Shown here piece after piece: positions 1-11,143 of a stretch of DNA of 64,000 bases. The notes under the pieces are model-generated. The model ran no database searches, was not told the origin of the DNA, and saw only the letters and a program-made list of their open reading frames with translations. How positions within the stretch are numbered: the stretch's first letter is position 1; the number at the start of each line of letters is the position of its first letter. The DNA is taken from assembly GCA_963835115.1 (NCBI GenBank), contig CAWIEP010000046.1, positions 487-64,486 of the forward strand. The letters run 5' to 3'. Made by a program: the position numbers and the translations under genes. Source of the stretch: an uncultured Pseudomonadota bacterium (GTDB lineage: Bacteria; Pseudomonadota; Alphaproteobacteria; Rhizobiales; Beijerinckiaceae).

Positions 1-504
1 GCCGGGTCGATCTGCCAGTTCACGCGAAAGTGGACGTCGACGATGTTCTTGTCGCCGGTCAGCATCTGGCTTTCTTCGGGGATGTCCGCGCTCCCGCCGA
101 GGCTGCGATAGCCGACCTCGGTGATCTGCTGGTCCCAGACCGGCACCTTGATCACCGAGCCGATCGGCCAGGGCCAGTTGGTGTTGAGGCCCGGCGCGGT
201 CTTGCCGGTATAGCGGCCGAACACGAGATTGATCCCGACCTCGTTCGGCTGGACCGTGTAGAAGGTGCCCCAGGCGAACCAGAGCAGGAGCGCGGCCAGC
301 ACCAGGAACAGCGCGCCACGGCCGCCGAACCCCTGCCGCCGCCGCGCCTCCCGATCCGCCGGGGGTCAAGTTGCCAAGGGCCTCCTGGACGCGGCGGATG
401 ATCTCCTCGAGGTCGCCGGGCGGAGGCGGGCCGGAGGGCCCCTGGCCCCACGGGCCGCGTCCCGGCGAGCGCCACGGGCCGCCGCCTTGATTATTCCAGG
501 ACAT
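1..504 (-). CDS. hflK: FtsH protease modulator HflK, N-terminal part (runs off window start; indels)
   Basis: Minus strand begins MSWNNQGGGPW, then a TM segment (AWGTFYTVQPNEVGINLVFGRY) and SQMLTGDKNIVDVHF, typical of the HflK SPFH domain. Confidence 0.9.
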   Translation of the reverse strand, partial: MSWNNQGGGPWRSPGRGPWGQGPSGPPPPGDLEEIIRRVQEALGNLTPGGSGGAAAAGVRRPWRAVPGAGRAPALVRLGHLLHGPAERGRDQSRVRPLYRQDRAGPQHQLALADRLGDQGAGLGPADHRGRLSQPRRERGHPRRKPDADRRQEHRRRPLSRELADRPG

Positions 505-619
505 CCAAACCTCTTGTCGGCCGCCGGCCGATGCGCCGGGCGCTTATATAGGCATGTCGGGCGACCCGGCAACGGACGCCGGCGGACGTCGGCCGCTCCG
601 CCGCGAGTGCGGCCGGCGT

Positions 620-1943
620 TCAGTCTCGCGGCGCCTGCTTCGCCTTCCTGGCCGACTGGGCCGGCGCGCCGGCCGCGCGCGCCGCGAGCGGGGTGATCCG
701 CAGGGCGGCGATGCGGTTGCGCTGCTTGCGCAGCACCTCGAAGCGGAAGCCATGAAAACTGAAGGTCTGGCGCGGCTCGGGGATCGCGCGCGCCTCGTGA
801 ATGACGAGGCCGGCGACCGTCGCCGCTTCGTCGTCGGGAAGATTCCAGCCCATCGCGCGATTGAGCTCGCGGATGGTCGCCGAGCCGTCGACGACGACCG
901 AGCCGTCGCGCTGCTTGCGCACGCCCTGCACGGCGACGTCGTGCTCGTCGCGAATGTCGCCGACGATCTCCTCGATGATGTCCTCGAGCGTGATCAGCCC
1001 CTGCACGACGCCGTATTCGTCGACGACCAGCGCCGAATGCATCTTGCGGCCGCAGGAACGCCTGCAACTGGTCGCGCAGCGTCGTCGATTCGGGAATGAA
1101 CCAGGGCTCGAGCGTCGAGATCGGCGATATTGAGCTTGCCGGCGTCGCCGCCGGCCGCGACATAGGCGCGCAGCAGATCCTTGGCGTGCAGCATGCCGAC
1201 GATATTGTCGGGCTCGCCGCGCCAGAGCGGCATGCGCGTATAGGGCGAGGCGATGACTTCGCGCACCAGTTCCTCGGGCGGCAGATCGGCGTCGATGAGC
1301 CGCATCTTGGTGCGATGAACCATGACGTCCGACACCGGGATCTCGGACAGTTCCAGCAGGCCGCCGAACATGTCGCGCTCGTCGCGCTCGACCTCGCCCT
1401 CGCGATGCAGGATATCGACCGCGCCCATCAACTCCTCATGGCCGGAAACGCCGGCGTCGCTCTCGGCCAGCGAGACGCCGCACAGCCTCAGGACGCCGCG
1501 CACCAGCGCCTCGACCGCGCTGACGATCGGTCCGAAAACGCGTCACGAAGAACAGACACCAGCGGCGCGATCAGCAGCGAAACGCGGTCGGGATAGGCGA
1601 TGGCGATCGTCTTCGGCATCACCTCGCCGAAAACGACGATCAGCGCCGTCATGATGATGGTCGCGGCCCAGACGCCGCGGTCGCCAAACAGGCCGAGCAG
1701 GACGCTGGTCGCGATCGCCGACGCGCCGATCGTGACGAATTGGCCGCCGAGCAGCATCGCGCTGATGAGGCGCCCGCGCATGCCGATCAGTCGGGTGACG
1801 AGCTTCGCCCGGTTGTCGCCGGCCATTTCGAGCGCGTGCATGCGCGCGCGCGAGGCGGCGGTCAGCGCCGTCTCGGCGCCGGCGAAAAACGCCGCGGCGA
1901 CGACGCTCAGGGCGATGACGAGGATGTCGAGGCTGTACGGCAT
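620..1943 (-). CDS. HlyC/CorC (CNNM-CBS-CorC) family transporter, frameshifted
   Basis: Three ORF pieces: DUF21 ([19 protein letters not shown]), CBS pair ([25 protein letters not shown]), [29 protein letters not shown] plus CorC domain. Confidence 0.9.
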
Positions 1944-1995
1944 GGAGCGGATTTTAGCACGGGCCGCATGCGCGCGTAACGCAGCCAGGCCGGCT

Positions 1996-3706
1996 TCAGG
2001 CCGCAACGGCCATTTCGCGCGCGAGGAAAGCCGAGACGCTCGCCTCGTCGACGTCGCGGGCGATGAAACTCTCGCCGATGCCGCGGGCGAGAATGAAGGT
2101 CAGCCGGCCGCGCTCGACTTTCTTGTCCTGGCGCATCGCGGCCAGAGACATCGCTCCGCAGCCGCGTCGAAGCCGGGAATGTCGCGCATGCGGGTCGGCA
2201 GCCCGACGGCCTTCAGATGGGCCTCGACCCGCGTCGCGTCCTGCCCCGAGCAGAGGCCGAGGTCGCGCGAGAAGCGGAAAGCGGAGGCCATGCCGATCGC
2301 GACACCCTCGCCGTGGACGAGCCGCGCCGAATCGTAGCCGGTCAGGCTCTCGAGCGCGTGGCCGAAAGTGTGGCCGAGGTTGAGCAGCGCCCGCTCGCCC
2401 TGTTCGGTCTCGTCGGCGGCGACGACGCGCGCCTTGGCGGCGCAGCTCATCGCGATCGCCTCGGCGCGCGCCGGACCGCCGGCGAAAACGTCGCGCCAGT
2501 TCGATTCCAGAAACTCGAAAAAGCCGCCGATCGCCGATCAGCCCGTATTTGACGACCTCGGCGTAGCCGGCGCGAAATTCGCGCTCGCTCAGCGTGTCGA
2601 GGCAAAGCGGTGTCGGCCAGCACCAGCGAGGGCTGATGGAACGCGCCGACGAGGTTCTTGCCGTGCCGCGAATTGATCCCGGTCTTGCCGCCGACGCTGG
2701 AATCGACCTGGGCGAGCAGCGTGGTCGGGATCTGCACGAAGCGCACGCCGCGGCGCAGGCACGCGGCGCAAAAGCCGGCGAGATCGCCGATCACGCCGCC
2801 GCCGAGCGCGATGACGAGGTCCCGCCGCTCGATCCGCGCCTCGATCAGCGCGTCGCAGACGCGGGCGAACTCGGCATAGGACTTCGTGGCTTCGCCCGGC
2901 GGGCAGACGATCGGCGTCGAGCGCAAGCCCGGCTTGGTCGAGGCTTGCGCGTGAGCCGGTCGAGATAGAGCGGCGCGACATGGGCGTCGGTGACGATCGC
3001 GCAATGGGCGCCCGGCGCGATCCTCGCGATCTCGGCCCCCGCCTCGTCGAGGAGGCCGCGGCCCGATCAGGATCGAATAGGCGCGCGCGCCGAGCGGCAC
3101 TTCGACCTTGCGCTTCGCTCTGCGAGCCGGCTCGCACATCCCTGCCAAGCGCCGCGTCGAGACGCCGCAGGATGGCTTCGACGACGGCGTCGTGGGGGCC
3201 GTCGATGCGATTCGATGGTGAAGTCGGCGAGCGCGTAGGTCGGCGACCGCTCCTCGAGCAGCCGGCGCAGCGTCTGCTTCCGGATCGGCGGTCTTCAACA
3301 GCGGGCGGTTGGACTTCTTGCGCACGCGGGCGAGCAGGATGTCGAAGCTCGGCTTCAGCCAGATCGAGACGCCGTGTGCGGCGATATTTTCGCGCGTCGT
3401 CGCGTTCATGAACGCGCCGCCGCCGGTCGCCAGCACCAGCGGCCCGCCATTGAGCAGCCGGGCGATCACCTTGCGCTCGCCTTCGCGAAAATAGAGCTCG
3501 CCGAAGCGCTCGAAGATCTCGGAGATGGTCAGTTGCGCGCCGGCTTCGATCTCGGCGTCGGCGTCGACGAACGGCAGTCCGAGCCTGGCCGCAAGCCGCT
3601 TCCCGACCGAGGTTTTCCCGGCTCCCATCATGCCGACGAGAACCACCGAGCGCCCGCCGAGCGCGGCCGCCACGCGCCCGGCGTCGACCGGTTGGCCCTG
3701 ACCCAT
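1996..3706 (-). CDS. aroB: Shikimate kinase / 3-dehydroquinate synthase, apparently fused (AroK-AroB), frameshifted
   Basis: N-terminal [25 protein letters not shown] (AroK); then [60 protein letters not shown] (AroB). Confidence 0.88.
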
Positions 3707-4020
3707 GAACTCTTCCACCTCGCCCAAAGCCCGTGTTCGCGCCGTCCCATACAGGAATCCGCGCGGCGAATGCGAGAGCTGGCGCCGCTCGCCTCGGCAC
3801 CATCGTCGACCGTCTTGCGCGCCGCGCGTGTTCTTGCAACCATGTCGCCGCACGACAGCGGGCCTGCGCGGTCGACGACGCCGGCGCCGAGATCAAGGCG
3901 CGGTCATGATTGAGAAAACCGCGTCCGGAGGGACGCGTTCGGGTCGAGGGAGTGGATCGCCTTGCGAATGGACGCGCGCGGCGCCTCGCCGCGCGGCGCA
4001 ACGCTTGAGGGAGGCCGATA

Positions 4021-6092
4021 GTGAGCGCAGCCAATCACGAGAACCGCGTCGCCGGCCCCCGTCTGGTCGCCATCGTCGGGCCGTTTCAGAGCGGAAAGAC
4101 CAGCCTTCTCGAGGGAATCCTGGCGCGCGGCGGCGCGCGTGGCCCGGCAAGGCTCGGTGCGCGAAGGCACCACGCGTCGGCGATTCGAGCTCCGGAGGCG
4201 CGCAGCCACGCGATGAGCGTCGAGCCCAACGTCGCCAGCATCGACTACCTCGGCGACCGGCTCACCTTCTTCGATGCTCCCGGCTCGATCGAATTCATCC
4301 ACGACATGCGCTACGCGCTGCCGGTCTGCGACGCCGCCGTCGTCGTTTGCGAGGCCGATCCGCGCAAGGTGCCGGCGCTGCAGGTGATCTTGCGCGAGCT
4401 CGAGGAACTCGGGCTTCCGCGCATCCTCTTCCTCAACAAGATCGACCAGGCGGGCGGGAGCCTGCGCGAGACGCTGGAGATGCTCCAGCCGGCCTCGCGC
4501 ACGCCGCTGCTGCTGCGCCAGATTCCGGTGTGGGAGAACGGCGTCGCCACCGGCTTCGTCGATCTCGCGCTCGAGCGCGCCTTCGTCTATCGCGAGGCCG
4601 CGCCCTCGAGCGTCATCGAAATGCCGGCGGGCGTCGTCCCGGAGGAAAAGCAGGCGCGCTATTCGATGCTCGAGAAGCTCGCCGACTACGACGACGCGCT
4701 GATGGAGCAACTGATCAGCGACATCGATCCGCCGAAGGACCTCGTGTTCGACGATCTCGCGCGCGAACTGCGCGAGGGGCACGTCGTGCCGGTGCTGATG
4801 GGGTCGGCGACCGGCGGCCACGGGGTGACGCGGCTCCTCAAGGCGCTCCGGCACGAAGCGCCGGGCGTCGCGCATACGCGCAAGCGGCTTGGGATCGACG
4901 ACAAGGGTCCGGCGCTGGCGCAGGTCATCCGCACGATCCACACCGCCCACGGCGGCAAGCTGTCGCTGGCTCGGGTGCTGCGCGGCGCCTTCGCCGACGG
5001 CGGCGACGGTCGTCAACTCGCGCGGGGTCGAGGAGCGCATCGGCGGCCTCGCCCGGCTGATGGGCGCCGATATCCTCGAAACTGACGCGCGCCGAGGAGG
5101 GCGACACCATCGCTTTCGCCCGGCTGGAGGGTCTCGCGACCGGCGACCGGTTCGCCGAGGGCAGAGCCGGCGCCAGCCGCTGCCGGCGCATCCGCCGGCG
5201 CGCCGCCCCCCACCCAGGGCGTCGCCATTCGCGTCAAGGATCGCAAGGACGAGGTGCGGCTCGCCAGCGCGCTCGCCAAGCTTTGCGAGGAGGATCGCGC
5301 GCTCTCCTTCGTCCACGACGCCGAAATGTCCGAACTCAAGCTGTTCGGGCAGGGCGAAATGCACCTGCGGGTGACGACCGAGCGGCTCGCCGACCGCTTC
5401 GGCGTGACGATCCAGACGCACAAGCCCTCGGTCGCCTATCGCGAGAACGATCCGCGACGCGGTCACGGTGCGCGGGCGGCACAAGAAGCAGTCCGGCGGC
5501 CACGGCCAGTTCGGCGACGTCGTCGTCGAGGTCGGCCCGCGCGGCCGGGGCGAAGGCTTCGCCTTCGCCGAGCGCGTGCACGGCGGATCGGTGCCGAGGC
5601 AGTATTTTTCGTCCGTCGAGGCCGGCGCGCGCGACGCGATGGCGCGCGGGCCGCTCGGCTTTCCGGTCGTCGACGTCTCGGTGACCCTGGTCGACGGCTC
5701 GTATCATACCGTCGAATTCCTCCGACATGGCGTTCCGCGCCGCGGCCAAGCTCGCGCTTGGACGAGGCGCTGGCCAAGGCGCGGCCCGGTGCTGCTCGAG
5801 CCGATCCTCTCGGTGACCGATCTACGTGCCGACCGACGCGCTGGCGCGCGCCAGCGCGCTGGTCAGCGCGCGGCGCGGCCAGATCCTCGGCTTCGAGGCC
5901 CGCGAGGGCTGGGCGGGCTGGGAGGCGCTGCGCGCGCTGATTCCGGAGGCCGAGATCGGCGATCTGATCGTCGAACTGCGCTCGGCGACCTCGGGCGTCG
6001 GCGCGTTCGAGACCAAGTTCGACCATCTGGCCGAGCTTTCCGGGCGGCCGGCCGATCTGGTGGTCGCCGCGCGGCAGAAGGCGAACGCCTGA
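4021..6092 (+). CDS. Elongation factor G paralog (EF-G2/FusA2-like), frameshifted
   Basis: GPFQSGKTSL P-loop, DAPG, NKID, GQGEMHLRV, HKKQSGGHGQFGDV, VLLEPI, LRSATSGVGAF. Confidence 0.88.
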
Positions 6093-6183
6093 ACTTTCGT
6101 CGAACGTCGACGCGTTTCGCCGGCTGTACAGGCGCGCGGCCTTCGCCTAAGCGGAGCGGCGCCGCCTGACGAGAGGACGCTCG

Positions 6184-7193
6184 ATGGCCGACGCCACCAG
6201 CGAAGCCAACCGCCTGGCGACGGTGTTCGGCGGGTCCGGATTCCTCGGCCGCCATATCGTTCGGGCGCTGGCGCGCCAGGGCTGGCGGGTGCGCGTCGCC
6301 GTGCGCCGCCCCGATCTCGCCACGTTCCTGCAGCCGATGGGCGGCGTCGGACAGATCCAGCCGGTGCAGGCCAATCTGCGCTTCCCGGCTTCGATCGCCG
6401 CGGCGCTCGAGGGCGCAACCGCGGTCGTCAACGCCACCGGGGTGAGCGGCCGAAAGCGGGGCGCAGACCTATCAGGCCGTGCATGTCGAGGGCGCGGCGC
6501 GCTGGCGCGAGCCGCGCGCGACGCGGGCGTCGCGACCTACGTGCATATCTCGGGGATCGGCGCGGACCCGAACTCCGCCTCGCCCTATGTCGCGAGCAAG
6601 GGGCTCGGCGAGGCGGCGACGCGCGAGACGCTTCCCCGACGCGTCGTCCTGCGTCCTTCGGTCGTGTTCGGCCCGGAGGACGATTTCTTCAACCGCTTCG
6701 GCGCGCTCGCCTGCCATTTGCCGGTCATTGCCGCTGCTCGGCGGCGGCGAGACGCGCCTGCAGCCCGTCTATGTCGGCGACGTCGGGCAGGCGGTCGCCG
6801 CGGCGCTCTCCGGCCTGGCGAAGCCGGGCGCGATCTACGAACTCGGCGGCCCGCAGGTCATGACGCTGCGCGAAGCGGCGGAGCTCACCTTGCGCGCGAT
6901 CGATCGCCGCCGGCTGCTTGTCGGCCTGCCGCTCGGTCCGTCGCGTTGGATCGCGGCGTCGACCCAGTTCGCGTCGAAGGCGACATTCGGGCTTTTTCCG
7001 AAACTGCTGACGACGACCCGCGATCAGGTCGATTTGCTGGCGTCGGACAACGTCGTGTCCGCCGAGGCGGAAGCCGAGGGACGCGTGCTGCAGGGCGCTC
7101 GGCGTCGAGCCGCAGGCCGCGGAAGCGATCATCCCATCTTATCTCGTGCGGTTTCGCCGGACCGGCCAATATGAGGTTCAACGTTCGGCCTGA
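6184..7193 (+). CDS. Complex I NDUFA9-like NAD-dependent epimerase/dehydratase, frameshifted
   Basis: [12 protein letters not shown] Rossmann motif, [45 protein letters not shown]; ends [11 protein letters not shown]. Confidence 0.9.
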
Positions 7194-7338
7194 AGTTGTT
7201 GGCGCTCATTTCGGCCAGGCGACGCCAGGCCGCGTATCGCGTTCTCGGAAAGAGATGGGTTTGCTATTGATGCGGACCCACGTTTCAGGGCATGAAGGCG
7301 TGGCGAACGTCGGGGTCTTTTCGAGTTGGGGACATTCG

Positions 7339-7632
7339 GTGATCAAGTCTGAGCTCGTGCAGCGCATGGCGGCCCGCAATCCGCATCTTTATCAGCGCGA
7401 CATCGAGAACATCATCGACGCCATTCTCGGCGAGATCGCCAATGCGCTCGCGCGCGGCGAGCGGGTCGAGTTGCGCGGCTTCGGCGCGTTCTCGACCAAG
7501 CAGCGGCAGGCGCGCACCGGCCGCAATCCCCGCACCGGCGACAAGGTTCCGGTCACCGAGAAGCTCGCGCCGTTCTTCAAGACCGGCAAAGAAATGCGCG
7601 AGCGCCTCAATCGCGCCGCGAAGTCGCTTTAG
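7339..7632 (+). CDS. ihfB: Integration host factor beta subunit
   Basis: GTG start; [23 protein letters not shown]...[11 protein letters not shown]...GRNPRTG...[14 protein letters not shown]. Confidence 0.97.
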   Translation: MIKSELVQRMAARNPHLYQRDIENIIDAILGEIANALARGERVELRGFGAFSTKQRQARTGRNPRTGDKVPVTEKLAPFFKTGKEMRERLNRAAKSL

Positions 7633-7698
7633 GATCGTTGGAACCATCGCTCGGGCTTGAGCTCGCAAGAGCTCGGCAGGTCGGGGGATGAGGCTTGT

Positions 7699-8023
7699 AT
7701 GGTTCGCTTCTTTAAAATCGCCGTCTCTCGTTCTCTGCGCGGTCGTCCTTCTCGGTTTCGCATTCGCCAACCGCGAACTCGTGACCATTTCGTTCGATCC
7801 GTTCGCAACGACCGACAGCGCCGCATTGTCGATCGAGACGCCGCTCTTCGCGGTCGTGATCGTCGCGGCCATGCTCGGCGTCGTCGCGGGCGCGCTCGCA
7901 ACCTGGTTGTCGCAGGGACGCCATCGGAAAGCTTCGCGCCTAAGCCGGAGAGAGGCGGACCGGTGGCGCTCGCAAGCTCAGGCGCTGAAGGCCGCTCATC
8001 CCGCTTTGCCGAGCGACAGGTAG
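7699..8023 (+). CDS. LapA/DUF1049-family membrane protein (indel near start)
   Basis: FAFANRELVTISFDPF and TWLSQGRHRK motifs, two TM helices, usual position after ihfB. Confidence 0.8.
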
Positions 8024-8224
8024 CCGCGGTCGCCTGGCGCGAGAGATTTTGCGCGAGACATTAAGAGCGATCTGCTTTCGGATGGAGGCGCCGCGAAGGG
8101 GAGGGGCTCGGGCGTAAGGCTTGTCCCATGAGCAATCCGTCCTTTTCGCATTCCGGAGCCGCCAGCGCCGTTGGGGCGCTTCGAACTCAAGGGGAAAGCC
8201 GCGAGAAAATTCCCTGCTCGCCTT

Positions 8225-8355
8225 GTGCCGTGTAACCCATTGATATCTATCGTTTCGGGCGAGAGAATCGCAAAGGAAATCCAAGCTTTTCCAAGGCCCA
8301 AAAACCTTGGGTTTTGGCGGCAAAACGGGGCGTTTCAAGAGAACCCAAACAAGGT
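8225..8355. repeat. AT-rich intergenic dispersed element, copy 1
   Basis: GTAACCCATTGATATCTATCGTTTCGG...AAAGGAAAT; 19/27 ungapped identity plus a shared 9-mer with 20166-20212; tail with repeated CCAAG and a CCAAGG/CCTTGG hairpin. Confidence 0.6.
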
Positions 8356-8450
8356 TGACGAGCGGCGTCGCGCCCCGCCGAAAATCACCAAGCCGACAAA
8401 GTTAAACACACGGCGATCTCGCGCCGGGGCGCTCCGCGCGCGGCCCTGAG

Positions 8451-9457
8451 TTAACCCGTAGCCTGACTTTCGCCCGCCGCTGCCGCCACGCAGGCTGAGC
8501 CCCCGGAAACGAGAGCGGGGCAGCCTCGTAGACGCCGCGCGCAATCGCCCGCGCGACGCACTCGGCGCACAACATGCCGATCTCCGTGAGATCGCGAAGG
8601 TCGGGACCCCGCTTGCCCGCGCGGTCGCCGCCGCGAAGACAACGTCGTTATCCATCGGCGCGTGGGCGGGACGGAGAGCCAGCGCGCAACCGTCCTGAGC
8701 CATCGTCGCAACGCGCTTGAGCTGCGTTGTGCTCAACGCGGCGTCGGTGGCGACGACCATAAGGTCGGTGCTCGAGGGCGTGTCAGACTTGAGGCGAAGC
8801 GTCAGGTGGTCGTCGATCTCCTTGGGGCCAAAGCCGAGGCCGCCGAATTCCGCGTCTCGCTCGTAGGGCGCGGCCCAGAAGAATGGGCTCTCGCCGCGCG
8901 TGGCTCGCCCCACGGAATTGACGACGACGAGCGCGCCGACGCGAAAGCCGCTCGATGTCACCGCGCTCGCCGAGCCCAGGCCGCCTTTGAGGTCATAGGT
9001 CGTCGCGCCAAATCCCGCGCCTGCCGTGCCAAGCGCGAAATCAACGTCGGCGACCGACGCGGCCTTGAGGCCCATATCCCAGTAAGGCGGCTTGCGTCCC
9101 CAGGACTTGTCGCCTCCGTTGAGGAGGTCGAACAGGCTCGCTCCTGGCACGATCGGGACGCGCGCGCCGCGATGCTCGAAGCCGCGGCCGATCTCCAGAA
9201 GGTGAATCATCGCGCCGCCCGCGGCGTCGAGGCCGAAAGCCGATCCTCCGGAGAGAACGAAAGCGTCGACCCGCTCGACCGTCATTTCCGGCTCGAGCAG
9301 CGCTGTGTCGCGCAACGCCGGCGCGCCGCCGTTGATGGCGATCGAGGCGACCGCGGGCTCCTCGAACAGAACCACGGTCACGCCTGTAGGCCAGCCGCTC
9401 GTCGTCGGCCGATCCGACGAGCACGCCCTCAACGTCGGTGATCAGATTGCGGGCCAT
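8451..9457 (-). CDS. P1/S58 (DmpA-like) peptidase, frameshifted; 3' end approximate
   Basis: MARNLITDVEGVLVG, GGAPALRDTALL, LSGGSAFGLDAAGG, LKGGLGSAS, VVATDA, MAQDG...RPAHAPMD. Confidence 0.88.
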
Positions 9458-9619
9458 CGGAAATGCTTCTTCGGTCGGGTTATGGATGGTGTGGCGAAGA
9501 ACGTCGTATCAGGGCTGAAAATGAGACGGAAGACTCGCGCGCAGCGCTGTGTCGGGTGGGTAATCGAGAATAGGCTGGGACAAGGTTGATCCGCGAGCTC
9601 TGAGACGTTCGGAGCGAAG

Positions 9620-10050
9620 GTGTTGACTGACGTGTGGGACGAATTGGACGAGCCGCTCGGTTTTGTCGAGGCCGCCTCTGCGCCGCCGCCGGCAGGACGA
9701 AAGCGCTCGACGAGAGGAGCGGCGGTGGGCGCCGCGATCCTCACGATCGCAATTGTCCTCTTCATGCTTCCGCGACGAGATTTTCCGGTCAAAGGCGAGC
9801 CGTTTGCGGTCGCGAAAGTTGAGGTTTTGCCTGCGCCGCGAAAGAGCGGCGCCCCTGACGTAACGGCCAGCGTGCGGCAAGCCACCCCGCCGCCCGCGGC
9901 TCCGGAAGCGGGGCGGCGAGCAGCGTCAAGATCACCGGCGGAAGCGGCGGCGCGTCCAAGGCGCTGATCATCGATGTGGCGCAGGCGCTCGCCGCCAGAG
10001 CTGCGCCATCGCAAGAGCCGCGTCGAACGATTGGCGCGACGGGCGAATGA
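9620..10050 (+). CDS. Membrane-anchored protein resembling only the N-terminal part of divergent polysaccharide deacetylase (YibQ/DUF610) proteins
   Basis: DELDEPLG, one TM helix, GEPFAVA, Pro/Ala linker, KALIIDV (after an indel); immediately upstream of rppH. Confidence 0.5.
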
Positions 10051-10143
10051 ACGCGAAGCGAAGGACGTTGCGTTCGGCCTGCTCTCGGCTTTAATGTCGG
10101 GAACGCAACGGCGGTCGTCTCAATTGAACGGATCCCTCAGTCC

Positions 10144-10650
10144 ATGAGCGGCCTCTTGTATCGGCCATGCGTCGGTGTCGCGCTTCTCAACCGCGAGGGC
10201 CATGCCTTCATCGGCCATCGCAAGCGCAAACGCGGCTCCGAGGTCTTGGACCCGCACTCCTGGCAGATGCCGCAGGGCGGAATCGACGCAGGCGAACAAC
10301 CGCTCGAAGCCGCGAAGCGCGAGCTTTGGGAAGAGACCAGCGTCACCTCGACTGAACTGATCGCGGAGGCGCCAGACTGGCTCAAGTACGATTTGCCGGA
10401 AGACGCGCGAGGGCGGTGGAGCGGCCGGTACCGCGGGCAGAGCCAGAAGTGGTTTCTGTTCCGCTTCGTTGGCTCGGATCAGGAGATCGACGTTCACCAC
10501 CCGGCCGGCGGCGCTCACGACGCCGAATTCGACGACTGGCGTTGGGAGCGTCTCGACCGCCTGCCGGATTTGGTCGTGCCGTTCAAGCGCGAAGTGTACG
10601 AGGCGGTTGCGGCCGCTTTCGCGCCCCTCGCGCGTCCCGCCGGGTCGTGA
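10144..10650 (+). CDS. rppH: RNA pyrophosphohydrolase
   Basis: [28 protein letters not shown] Nudix box, [18 protein letters not shown]. Confidence 0.96.
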   Translation: MSGLLYRPCVGVALLNREGHAFIGHRKRKRGSEVLDPHSWQMPQGGIDAGEQPLEAAKRELWEETSVTSTELIAEAPDWLKYDLPEDARGRWSGRYRGQSQKWFLFRFVGSDQEIDVHHPAGGAHDAEFDDWRWERLDRLPDLVVPFKREVYEAVAAAFAPLARPAGS

Positions 10651-10660
10651 GCGAAGGCTC

Positions 10661-10984
10661 TTACTTGCCCGCCCTGACCGAGGCGACCGCCGCCGCCAAT
10701 TCCTCGTCCATCTTCTTGCGCAGTCGGTGATCCGAAAGGTCGGCGTCGCCGCTCGCGAGGTCGGCCTTGAGCGCCGCGGCGACGTCGTCATCGCTTTTGC
10801 CGATCTGCGCGCCGACGAACTCGCTCGCGTATTTCTCGGCGTCAGCGCCAGAAAGCCCCTTCGTCTCGGCGGCCCAGAGCGCGACCGCCTTGTTTCGGCG
10901 CGCGACCGCCTTGAAGCGCAGGTCCTCATCATGAGCGAACTGCTTTTCGAACGTGTTCTCGCGATCCTGGAACGCGTCGGACAT
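10661..10984 (-). CDS. DUF1476 protein / F1Fo-ATPase inhibitor zeta subunit
   Basis: MSDAFQDRENTFEKQFAHDEDLRFKAVARRNK matches the alphaproteobacterial zeta N-terminus. Confidence 0.9.
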   Translation of the reverse strand: MSDAFQDRENTFEKQFAHDEDLRFKAVARRNKAVALWAAETKGLSGADAEKYASEFVGAQIGKSDDDVAAALKADLASGDADLSDHRLRKKMDEELAAAVASVRAGK

Positions 10985-11143
10985 GACCCCTCCGTCACTT
11001 GGCGAGACCACCCGCAAGCCGCCTAAGCTGCAACGCCGTGATCCCGGATTTTTCTAACCCGATGATGGGGAGGCGTTATGACGGTTTCCGGACTCGCGCG
11101 CAATGCGGGCGGTCCCCTTCGAAGGGCCCATTCCCGAGTCCGT

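Noticed and set aside
6184-7632. Apparent NDUFA9-IhfB fusion ORF (482 aa)
   Set aside because: Frameshift artifact; the NDUFA9 gene ends at 7193 and ihfB has its own GTG start at 7339
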